Origin: Candidatus Heimdallarchaeota archaeon
Lineage (GTDB): Archaea; Asgardarchaeota; Heimdallarchaeia; Hodarchaeales; Hodarchaeaceae
NCBI GenBank assembly: GCA_020353515.1
Contig: CP070695.1
Location: 4,128,221-4,189,812, forward strand
Reading direction: 5' to 3'
DNA: 61,592 nt
Both the position numbers and the translations under genes were made by a program. The notes beneath the pieces were generated by a model. It searched no databases. It was not told where the DNA came from and saw nothing but the letters and a program-made list of their open reading frames with translations. This document shows positions 27,953 to 36,919 of this stretch, piece after piece (positions within the stretch are counted from its first letter, which is position 1; each line of letters begins with the position of its first letter).

Positions 27953-29434
27953 TCAGACCAGCTTGTGTGTAAAATGGTAAAAACCACTTGTTTCGTATAG
28001 AAATAATACAATGATGACTACAGCAATCAGGCTGAGTCCAAAACAAAAAAGAAATAGTCCAATAATTCCCGCAGGTCCCAAGCTGACAAAGTATCCTCCA
28101 ACAACAGCCCCCATGATGTTTCCCGAAGCCATAAGCGATTGAGTAAAGCCCATCTCACGTCCCCGTTGTCCCGATTTGGTTACATCACTGACTAGACCCA
28201 GAGCAGCTGAAATAAAACAAGAGGCAGAGAGACCGTAAACTATAATCATTAAGACAACAAGGATGTGAGGAATCGGGAGGGGATATTCAGGGATAAAATT
28301 CAAGGAAATTGTATCTGTTAATGATAATGGGTTTCTTATCATATTAGACAATTCAGAAAGTTCCCATACTTGTATTCCATTCACAGATTTATAATCAAGG
28401 ATGGAAGCAAGTGTTACTAAAAGCATACTAGTGCCAACAATTCCAATTACCAAGAAGGGTTTTCGTCCCACGTTATCAGAAAGTCTACCTAATATTGGTT
28501 GCATTATTCCCATTACACAAATCGCAAGAAAGCCTATTATCGCAATAGCAAATCCCACCTCTGTAACGAGGTCGAATATTATAGTGGGTGCTACAAAAGT
28601 GCTTGCTCCTATGAGTGTTGTATAAGCTAACCATGCAATGGCGAATTTTCGAAACTGTTTGTCTTGAAGACTTTCTAGCATGGTTTTAAACGGATTTATG
28701 TCAATTTCTGAATCTGTTACAGTTTGAGTGAAATCTGTTAGCAATATATCAGCTTCTTCATCTAGAACTAAATCTTTACGAGGCTCAAAGAACCTAAACG
28801 CATAAATTGACGTGGCCAAGAACATTATGATCGCAAAGAAGAAGAATGAGTCCTCTTTTAAGATCGTCCATGAAATTAAACCAAATGGATTCCCAATAGC
28901 TCCCCCAGCAGCTTTTGCTAAATAGAATTTTCCCATTGTCTCACCATGCCTTTCATCAGGGGATAAATCTGCAATTACTGCTAATATTGGTCCTGAAATC
29001 ATAGCAGCAGCTAATCCTTTCAACCCATTCGAGAGGACTAAAACTAGAAAACTAAATGGGAGAGTAGCATAGTAAGGATACATAATGGGGAAAATAAGAA
29101 AGGAAATACCTGCTAATGCTGTTCCAATAATTAAAAATGGCCGTCGTCCAAAACGATCACTAATCATTCCGAAAAATGATGCAGTTGACAATGAAACGAA
29201 ATAGTAACTAGCTACAATTATTGCGGTTTCGACCCCCACCATTGTCGTTCCACTTTTTTCGCCCAATTCCCGAAGGTATAGGGGTAAACCAAACGCTGCA
29301 GAAGCAAAAGCACATTCTGTTACGGCTACAGCAATATAAAGAATCATACTTTGCTTCTTTAACAAAAAGGTAATGGGTTGTCCAATGAAATGCAGGGTGT
29401 CTCTAGTGTATTTTGATATTAAACGACGTGGCAC
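27953..29434 (-). CDS. MFS transporter
   Basis: Motif A GMISDRFGRR and GRLSDNVGRK; 12 TM helices. Confidence 0.92.
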   Translation of the reverse strand: MPRRLISKYTRDTLHFIGQPITFLLKKQSMILYIAVAVTECAFASAAFGLPLYLRELGEKSGTTMVGVETAIIVASYYFVSLSTASFFGMISDRFGRRPFLIIGTALAGISFLIFPIMYPYYATLPFSFLVLVLSNGLKGLAAAMISGPILAVIADLSPDERHGETMGKFYLAKAAGGAIGNPFGLISWTILKEDSFFFFAIIMFLATSIYAFRFFEPRKDLVLDEEADILLTDFTQTVTDSEIDINPFKTMLESLQDKQFRKFAIAWLAYTTLIGASTFVAPTIIFDLVTEVGFAIAIIGFLAICVMGIMQPILGRLSDNVGRKPFLVIGIVGTSMLLVTLASILDYKSVNGIQVWELSELSNMIRNPLSLTDTISLNFIPEYPLPIPHILVVLMIIVYGLSASCFISAALGLVSDVTKSGQRGREMGFTQSLMASGNIMGAVVGGYFVSLGPAGIIGLFLFCFGLSLIAVVIIVLFLYETSGFYHFTHKLV

Positions 29435-29696
29435 GATTCTGTTTTCCTTTAGACGCTGATATATTGCTTGATTAACCTTTTTGGATGCTTATATTGATTT
29501 AAGAACTTAATCTTATCTTCTTCTTACTTGTTTTATTATGTTTGCATAACCATTGTACTTCATAATGCAATTAATTTTTAATAAAATGAGCAAAATTTAA
29601 AATTCTTTGTGCCTTATGGGTTGTGAACGGTTTTATTAACTAAATTATTTCTTATAGTGTAAAATCTATTTTGATTTTCGATTTGAGGAATTTAAT

Positions 29697-30599
29697 ATGA
29701 AAATTTCGCTTGTCGGACTAAGTGGCTGCGGTAAAACATCGATTTATTCGACCACATTAGGTGGAATGGCTCCTATGGATGTCAAGGACCTAGGACCAAC
29801 AGTTATGTATGAAGTTAAGTCCCATAATTATTTAGGCCTTCAAATATCTCTTTGGGATTTTGGGGGACAGGAGAAATACAGGCAATCTTATCTGGAAACA
29901 CCGAAACTTCTAGCAAATACAACAATTCTTGTCTTTGTACTGGATCTACATCACCCAGAAGATTTTAAGAAAGCTGATAATTACTTTAAAGAGGTTTTCT
30001 CTGCTATTAAGGAAAGTGGGGGAGACCCCCGTATAATAATTTTCTATCACAAGTATGATACCGAGGAATATCCAAAGGAACAGCTTGAAGGAAATTTAGA
30101 CAAAGCCAGAGAACTACCATTTATCAGTGAGATCGACCCTGAATCTTTCATTACATCTATTTATCGTCAAGAAGAATTAAGTGAGGTATTTCGTCAGATC
30201 CTGATTTCAGACTTCGATGAATTAAGGGACAGCGTTGAACATGCCCAAAAACACCTTATGAAATTAAATTCAAAAATCATTGTCAGCGATGTGAATGGGA
30301 ATGTTATCACTCACAGTATCAAGGGATTTTCCACAGGAATCCAACTTCGTGAGGATTTACGTGATTATATTCTTTCTTGTAATGTTCTGCGGGAGAATTT
30401 CCTCACCAGTGATTCAGCTTCTTTTTCTGCCATCTCAGACACAAAGAAATTGAAATTACACATTTTTAGCTTTGTTCTAGCTGTACTCATTATGGTAGAT
30501 GAGGGTGCAGCAATTGATCCTCCAGAAGATATCGAAGCTTTGTTAACAGATATGAAAGTTTTTGCAGAATTAATTATCGATGCTAGCAGAGAAGAATAA
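29697..30599 (+). CDS. Rag/Arf-like small GTPase with C-terminal roadblock/longin-like domain
   Basis: GLSGCGKT, PT, WDFGGQ, HKYD, TSI; tail IIVSDVNGNVI. Confidence 0.88.
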   Translation: MKISLVGLSGCGKTSIYSTTLGGMAPMDVKDLGPTVMYEVKSHNYLGLQISLWDFGGQEKYRQSYLETPKLLANTTILVFVLDLHHPEDFKKADNYFKEVFSAIKESGGDPRIIIFYHKYDTEEYPKEQLEGNLDKARELPFISEIDPESFITSIYRQEELSEVFRQILISDFDELRDSVEHAQKHLMKLNSKIIVSDVNGNVITHSIKGFSTGIQLREDLRDYILSCNVLRENFLTSDSASFSAISDTKKLKLHIFSFVLAVLIMVDEGAAIDPPEDIEALLTDMKVFAELIIDASREE

Positions 30600-30633
30600 C
30601 CTGGTCAACTCACCCCTGACATTTAGGATTCAG

Positions 30634-32109
30634 TTATTTTTGTAAGAGCTCTGCTACAGATACTTTTTTCGTGAGAAGCTTACCTTCCGTATCAGTTAGA
30701 CTCACCATATATTCACTATCGTCATTAAAACGTGGGAATTCGAAATCTAGTGCCTCTGCAGGGAACCATTCACGAATGGTAGTCTCCCAGTTATGACTTT
30801 CAAATAACTCTCCTGCCAACAGAGTTATCCGAACTTGAACTCGTTCTAGAACCTTTCCACTGCGATTTTGTAGAGTAACTTGGATGCTACGACCTTCATC
30901 TACGAGATTTGTGCTTTGTATGCGAACTAACCTGCGTTTTCTAATCCCACTGACTCCTTTTTCTACCAAAATTTCTCTTGATGGAAGAGGTTGACGTTCA
31001 GCGGGTAGAGTTGAGGGGACTTGGAATGCAAATGATCGACGCCGATTGACGGTGTATAGCTGGACCTTTTTTAGATTTGCAAGTCTCAATACTGGTGTGA
31101 GTTGTTTTACTGTAATTGGTTGAAGTTTGATATAACCGTTGTCAGCAGCATCTTGAAGGATTTCTAATCCTAGTCCTGTACGAACGAGTACGGTATTGTA
31201 TCCCTCAGGAGCTCCAACTGAGCCAACACTAATGTCCGCATTCTCACTAGAAAAGTCAACACAATAATGGCAGGAGCTAGCTCGCAATCTGTCCATTTCT
31301 TTTACTGGATGACTGATTGACTCTCCGCTCTCTTGAATCATATGAAATTTCCCTTTAGAAATTGTCATTTTTTCAATATCTTCCATGGGGATTTTATCGA
31401 CTTCCTCGACAAAATGGCGTAATCTGTCGTAAGAAAAAGCATCCATACAAAAAAGTCCAATTTTTAGAACTGAACTACGCATGAATAATCGAACAAGTCC
31501 ATATGGAGAACTTTGCATCTTCTTTACAGCGTCAATATTGCAAGGACATCCTACAAAAGCAATAGAATTCAATCCAGATTTAATAGCTTCAAGAAGTTTT
31601 CCCACTGCTGAACTTTGACTGTATATGGACCCTGAAGAAGCCAATATTTGATCTTCTTCAGTAGCAATGATAGGTTTTGGTTTCCAATACTCAATTTCAT
31701 CTTTTTTTGTTAAGACAGCTCCATCAATCATTCCCTCACGTAATAGATAGATCAGTAAGCTGGTCACTACTCCTCCATCTTGGCCAGTAACTTCTGAGAG
31801 AAGACTTTTTGCTCGAAAAGCTTCAATGAAATTACCAATTAGCTGAGGAACAGTAGTCTTGGTCTTGGGACATTGGTGGATACAGACCCCACAAGCAGTA
31901 CATTTTCCTGTCAAGCGTGGACGATCATTAATCATTTCTAACGCGTTTTCGACACATGAAGCAACACAAGCCCCACAGGCACTACATAATCCAGTATCTA
32001 TAACTTGTTTCTTCAAAGTGGCAAATTTTGCTTCTTTACTCCCCTGTAACTTACGCTTAGACAATCGATAACTAATTAACTGGTCTTCTTCTTGGTTAAT
32101 TTCCGTCAT
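30634..32109 (-). CDS. FrhB/FdhB-family F420-interacting flavo-FeS protein with N-terminal 2x[4Fe-4S] and an extra C-terminal beta domain
   Basis: CSACGACVASC, CTACGVCIHQCP, GQDGGVVT, VGCPC, IGLFC, CHYCVD, ADISVG; ~120-aa C-terminal extension. Confidence 0.88.
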   Translation of the reverse strand: MTEINQEEDQLISYRLSKRKLQGSKEAKFATLKKQVIDTGLCSACGACVASCVENALEMINDRPRLTGKCTACGVCIHQCPKTKTTVPQLIGNFIEAFRAKSLLSEVTGQDGGVVTSLLIYLLREGMIDGAVLTKKDEIEYWKPKPIIATEEDQILASSGSIYSQSSAVGKLLEAIKSGLNSIAFVGCPCNIDAVKKMQSSPYGLVRLFMRSSVLKIGLFCMDAFSYDRLRHFVEEVDKIPMEDIEKMTISKGKFHMIQESGESISHPVKEMDRLRASSCHYCVDFSSENADISVGSVGAPEGYNTVLVRTGLGLEILQDAADNGYIKLQPITVKQLTPVLRLANLKKVQLYTVNRRRSFAFQVPSTLPAERQPLPSREILVEKGVSGIRKRRLVRIQSTNLVDEGRSIQVTLQNRSGKVLERVQVRITLLAGELFESHNWETTIREWFPAEALDFEFPRFNDDSEYMVSLTDTEGKLLTKKVSVAELLQK

Positions 32110-32146
32110 CTTTTTTCATCCATATACTAGTTAGTTGTCTGAATCA

Positions 32147-32578
32147 TTAATCATTGTGGGAGAACTCTTCTGGAGGCGAAGAATGAGGCTCTAATGAACT
32201 GAAAGCAGCAATTAAGTCATGTGTAGTAATAATTCCTACCAATTCAAAAGTATCGGGATCTTTCACAAGAACTCTCTTGATATTATGTTTATACATCAAC
32301 AGTAAGACATCTTTAATTGTTTCTCTTAAAGAAATCGTAATAAGGTTGGTTGTAGCTATGTCCTTTGCTATTACTTCACAAGGATCTTGACAGTTTAAAA
32401 TGACTCTCTCAATAATGTCTCGTTTTGTAATAATTCCTATCGGTTCCTGATCCTGATGTACTAAGACTGAACCAATATGATTTTCGGCCATTAATTGAGC
32501 AACCTTTTCAAGACTGTCATTGGCAGTCACAGCAACTATTTCTTTTTTCATTAGATCCTTAACTCTGGTTGAATACAC
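32147..32578 (-). CDS. Stand-alone CBS-pair protein
   Basis: VKDLM, IGSVLV, GIITKRDI, IKRVLV, GIITTHDL. Confidence 0.9.
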   Translation of the reverse strand: MYSTRVKDLMKKEIVAVTANDSLEKVAQLMAENHIGSVLVHQDQEPIGIITKRDIIERVILNCQDPCEVIAKDIATTNLITISLRETIKDVLLLMYKHNIKRVLVKDPDTFELVGIITTHDLIAAFSSLEPHSSPPEEFSHND

Positions 32579-32589
32579 AATATAACACC

Positions 32590-33624
32590 CTAACCTATGA
32601 TTCTTTTTACTCTTATGGTTCCTTTTTCGTCCTCAACCTTTAGGAAATATATTATTCCACTTGAATCAGCTAGTTCAAATTCAATTAAAACATCCTGATT
32701 TGGCGCCCATTCCTTTATCTCTGAAATAAGGATGTCCTTACCAAAAAAGCCCTGCGATTCATATATTTTGAGAAGAGCGTTCACAATTAGATTTGAACTG
32801 CTATTGCGAACTGTTACTTGAACCCGTTTATCATCTTCAGAATGTTTTATATTTGTAACTCTTACACGTTTTGGTTCGGGAGCTAGAGTTACATCTGGTT
32901 TTTCTTTACTAATTTCATGTTTGTGACTTGTTGGTATTGAAAATCGTAATCGGGGTTTTTTAGCGGGTTTCTGTATTTGTGATTCATGAGTAGGTGTAGT
33001 TGATGCTCCATTTGTGTCTCCTATGACACTTTCTTCCAATTGACCTTCAAGTTTAGTTATAGGCATTTTCGGAATTAACGAAATACATAATCTAATAAGC
33101 TCGTGTTCAATATCATCGGATTTCTTCTTCAGAAATTCTTCAACGTCCGAATTTTCCTGTTTTTTCAGGTGAAGTTCTACAAGAAAACATAAATTTTCTC
33201 CAATAGAACCTTGTATTCTGGTCTTTAACTCGTGTAATATTTCTTGAGCTATAAAAGAGACTGTAGAAGGAGCTTTTACAATTAAAACAAATCTTTCTGC
33301 TTGCCATTTCTTCGATTCCATTCCCTCTCGTCTTTTAATTCTTCTAGTTTCACATAAAATGAGAGTTCCACAGTAGATAACACCTCCCAATTCAAGATCT
33401 ATTGAAATAAACTTGTCTGTTTCTAGAAATCTATCTTGGTGCCACCAAATACTGTGTATGGAAATAATCTCTTTTTCGTTCTTATTATTCAATAATTGCT
33501 TAGGGTATGAAAAGAGGGGAACATGACCTTGAACTTCGTCAAAAAAGTAGAGAAAAAAGCCATAAGAATCATCTATATTTGATTGGTCAATATCTGTAAA
33601 TGCAGAAAGGTCCCCATATCTCAT
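32590..33624 (-). CDS. Longin/uDENN-like protein A with shared C-terminal beta domain
   Basis: GFFLYFFDEVQGHVPLFSYP N-terminus (FD-x3-G-x5/6-YP, NPRL2/uDENN-like); C-domain aligns with its neighbours. Confidence 0.65.
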   Translation of the reverse strand: MRYGDLSAFTDIDQSNIDDSYGFFLYFFDEVQGHVPLFSYPKQLLNNKNEKEIISIHSIWWHQDRFLETDKFISIDLELGGVIYCGTLILCETRRIKRREGMESKKWQAERFVLIVKAPSTVSFIAQEILHELKTRIQGSIGENLCFLVELHLKKQENSDVEEFLKKKSDDIEHELIRLCISLIPKMPITKLEGQLEESVIGDTNGASTTPTHESQIQKPAKKPRLRFSIPTSHKHEISKEKPDVTLAPEPKRVRVTNIKHSEDDKRVQVTVRNSSSNLIVNALLKIYESQGFFGKDILISEIKEWAPNQDVLIEFELADSSGIIYFLKVEDEKGTIRVKRIIG

Positions 33625-33746
33625 ATCTAATTTTTTCTCCTTTTATTTGAGATTAGACTATTTTTGCATGACTTTAAGACTTTTCTATAACACTTTTCAT
33701 CGTTTTTTATACTGATTTTATCTTTCCTGAGAATCGCAAAGGTTAG

Positions 33747-34685
33747 TTAGACATTGTTTATACCAACCTTAAGAGACTTAATGTCGATTGTTGTTTTCTT
33801 ACTACTGATTATAATTAAGTAATTTTCAACCATTTCCATTCTGGGAAACTCTAAAATTAAATCTTCTTTGAAAGGCCACTCCTCAAGCTCTTGTTCCCAA
33901 ATGGGTTCACTAAAAAATTCAGTTCTTTTTGATACTTGAATTTTAACATCCTTTAGATTCTCACTCTGATTGACTAATACTACCATTATTCCCTGATCAT
34001 TGGTTTCTGATAACAAAACTCGCATTGTAATTTTTTGCTTAAATAAATCGTGAGCACAATGACTTGTTTCTATTGGAATCTTTGATGAATCGGCTTGGTT
34101 TGGGATTATCTCTGGAGTAAATGTTTCAAACTTCTGATTAACGCGAATCACAAATTCCTTCCATGTAGTTTTCAATATCTGATCGATTTTTGCTGTTTGT
34201 TTCACTAATTCTTTATATTCTCGCTTTCTAATTGGATTTGCTTCTAATTCTTCACACTTATACAACAATTCGAGACCTGAACCGAGATTCGATTCTAATG
34301 TGGTTTTAAAATCAATAAAAGCGTTCATTGGAATGGGATTAATATCTTTCCAATTTTTTATAACGATACCATAAATTGGGGTGTCTTCTGCTGTTGTCCC
34401 TTCTTGTGAGGTCGTTTGAAGCTGAAAAGCTGAATAAACGAATTCAGAAAATTTCAGGTCAATACGAAGAGGCACATTTTCTATTTTCCATACACAGTGT
34501 GTCTTCAGAATGTTAATCTCGTTCTTGTCATGCTGTAATTTTGAAGGATAAGAAAAGAGGATCTGAAGACCATTAGTAGTATCAAAGGAACATAAAAAAA
34601 ACCCTAATAAACCCACTTTTGACTGAAAAGTTGGCTTTTCTGGTGTTGTTTTGATATTCGTTTCAAAAAAAGGATCGATATTCAT
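33747..34685 (-). CDS. Longin/uDENN-like protein B with shared C-terminal beta domain (paralog of A)
   Basis: GFFLCSFDTTNGLQILFSYP; KNE..I...H..W..IDL shared with A. Confidence 0.65.
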   Translation of the reverse strand: MNIDPFFETNIKTTPEKPTFQSKVGLLGFFLCSFDTTNGLQILFSYPSKLQHDKNEINILKTHCVWKIENVPLRIDLKFSEFVYSAFQLQTTSQEGTTAEDTPIYGIVIKNWKDINPIPMNAFIDFKTTLESNLGSGLELLYKCEELEANPIRKREYKELVKQTAKIDQILKTTWKEFVIRVNQKFETFTPEIIPNQADSSKIPIETSHCAHDLFKQKITMRVLLSETNDQGIMVVLVNQSENLKDVKIQVSKRTEFFSEPIWEQELEEWPFKEDLILEFPRMEMVENYLIIISSKKTTIDIKSLKVGINNV

Positions 34686-35072
34686 CGTTTCTCCTTACAA
34701 TTTTCATTGATTGAAGAAAATAAGTCTTTTTGGAAAAGTTTTCAGTTGAGGACGATAACTCTCTTCAACTTCAAAAGTTTTCGCAAATACCATGTAAGTA
34801 TTTTTTATAAAACTAATAATCAATAAGAGTCTTTATACTGATCTATTGTTTTTTTTGGACTTTTCTATAAAAGCTAAACGACTAAATAGAGAAATTCCTT
34901 TTTAGACATTAGGAAAAGTCAAGTTTTTGAAATAAAGAAATAACCTCATTAGATTCAAAATCGTAGGAAAATTCTTTCTTTCTTGAAACATAATTTTTTA
35001 GTATATCTACATGAAATCACCCTAATAGAAATAAATAATCAAATAACTCTCATAAACTTGGAGAAGAATATT

Positions 35073-36905
35073 TTGAGTTCACAGTTATGGGATCTCGTCG
35101 TTGTAGGAGGAGGGCCAGCGGGACTTTCCGGTGCAATTAGGGCTGCAGAGTTAGGTCTTCATGTTCTTGTTCTCGAAGCGCGTTCTGGAATAGCTACTGC
35201 AGGCAGTATGGCTGTAGATGGCTATCCTGGCTTTTTCAGCATAACCCGTCAAGAACTATTAGATAAAATGGCCAAGCAAGCAAAGTACCATGCAACAATA
35301 AATTATGCAGAAAAAGTGAGTAGACTTGAATTAAAAGATCCTATTAAGCGGGTATATACCCAAGTTACAAGAGGAGAATTCTTTACTGAAGAATTCAAGT
35401 ACAACTGTAGGGCAGTATTAATTGCAACAGGTCTTCAGCCTAAAAAGCTTGATATCCCAGGAGAGGGAAAATTCAAGGATAAAGGAGTCTATTATTCTCT
35501 TCCTGATGGAGACTACACCGATAAAAATGTTGCTATCATAGGACACACATCCTGGGCTGTCCGAAATGCTCTACATTATGATGCCATAGGAGCACATGTG
35601 TACCTGATTACTTCACGAGATTCGTTTGATGCTCATCCAGCACTCATGAGAAAATTAAATGAAAGTTTTGTTGAAGTTCTTTATTCACATGAAGCATTAT
35701 ATTTCGAGGGCACTGATAAGTTAACAAAAACACGTCTTAAAAGTGCAGATGGAAAACAATTCTCTATTTTAGCAGAAATGGTACTCATTCTGAGTAGTAA
35801 GAATACTAACCGTGAGTTATTTCAAGATGCAGGATTAACAACTACCCCTCAAGGAAGAATTATTGTAGAATCCTCCAATCAAGATACAAATATCCCTGGT
35901 GTATTTGCAGCGGGTAGCGCAACAAGAGGGGACTCAATAGTGGGTGTTGGGGCCGCAGAAGGCATTAAAGCCGCAGAAGAAATTTCAAGGTACCTAACTA
36001 AGCTTGAAGAGAAAGAATCCCTTGCAGAAAAAGAGAAAGAAACACCTATGCTTGTTGAGAGGTTCACTGAAGGAAGATGTGTCATCATTGATAAAAAAGA
36101 TTTATCTCCAGAAATAGTTAAGTGGGTAGTTAAGGCACCTTTAGTTGCAGAAAAAACTCAACCAGGACAGTTTGTCATTCTCCGAGTAACTCAGGATGGA
36201 GAACGAATCCCATTAACTGTTGCTGATAATGATAAAGAAAAAGGTACAATTACTCTAATTTTTCAAAAGATTGGAAAGAGTACCAAGCTTATGGGGACGA
36301 TGAAAGCTGGCGATCACATTCTTAATCTCTTGGGGCCCTTGGGAAGACCTGTGAAAATTGAGAAATGGGGTACCGTCGCTGTTCTTGGTGGTGGTTGCGG
36401 TGTTGCTCCAGTATTGCCTAAAACCAAAGCTTTGAAAGAAAAAGGAAACTATGTAGTAAGTATTATTTCAGCCAGAACATCTCCACTTTTAATATGTCAA
36501 GAAGAGATGCGGGAGGCGAGTAATGAGCTTCATATTGCAACTGATGACGGGACAGAGGGTCATCACGGATTTGGACTTGATCTCTTAAAGCGCTTTGTTG
36601 AAGAAGGAAGACATTTTGATCATGTTGTAGCAGTTGGGCCAATTCCAATGATGAAGTTTACCTGTGCTTTCACTAAAGAACATAATATTCCAACAACTGT
36701 TAGTCTAGCACCTATAATGGTCGATGGTACTGGAATGTGTGGGGCTTGCCGTGTAACTGTTGGTGGTGAGGTTAAGTTCGCCTGTGTTGATGGTCCTAAT
36801 TTTGATGGATTAAAGGTGGATTTTGAAGAATTGACACTTAGATCAAGGGCTTATCTTTATGAGGAGCGTATTTCCAGTGGGAAAATGGCTCGAGAAAAAC
36901 CATAG
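35073..36905 (+). CDS. nfnA: Fusion of a CxxC-less thioredoxin-reductase-like flavoprotein and NfnA/SudB
   Basis: N-half GGGPAG, ATG, GVYYSLPDG, TNIPGVFAAGS; C-half PGQFVILR, ERIPLT, GPLG, MVDGTGMCGAC, CVDGP; likely TTG start at 35073 after GGAG. Confidence 0.85.
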   Translation: MSSQLWDLVVVGGGPAGLSGAIRAAELGLHVLVLEARSGIATAGSMAVDGYPGFFSITRQELLDKMAKQAKYHATINYAEKVSRLELKDPIKRVYTQVTRGEFFTEEFKYNCRAVLIATGLQPKKLDIPGEGKFKDKGVYYSLPDGDYTDKNVAIIGHTSWAVRNALHYDAIGAHVYLITSRDSFDAHPALMRKLNESFVEVLYSHEALYFEGTDKLTKTRLKSADGKQFSILAEMVLILSSKNTNRELFQDAGLTTTPQGRIIVESSNQDTNIPGVFAAGSATRGDSIVGVGAAEGIKAAEEISRYLTKLEEKESLAEKEKETPMLVERFTEGRCVIIDKKDLSPEIVKWVVKAPLVAEKTQPGQFVILRVTQDGERIPLTVADNDKEKGTITLIFQKIGKSTKLMGTMKAGDHILNLLGPLGRPVKIEKWGTVAVLGGGCGVAPVLPKTKALKEKGNYVVSIISARTSPLLICQEEMREASNELHIATDDGTEGHHGFGLDLLKRFVEEGRHFDHVVAVGPIPMMKFTCAFTKEHNIPTTVSLAPIMVDGTGMCGACRVTVGGEVKFACVDGPNFDGLKVDFEELTLRSRAYLYEERISSGKMAREKP

Positions 36906-36919
36906 AAGGAATAAAAGCG

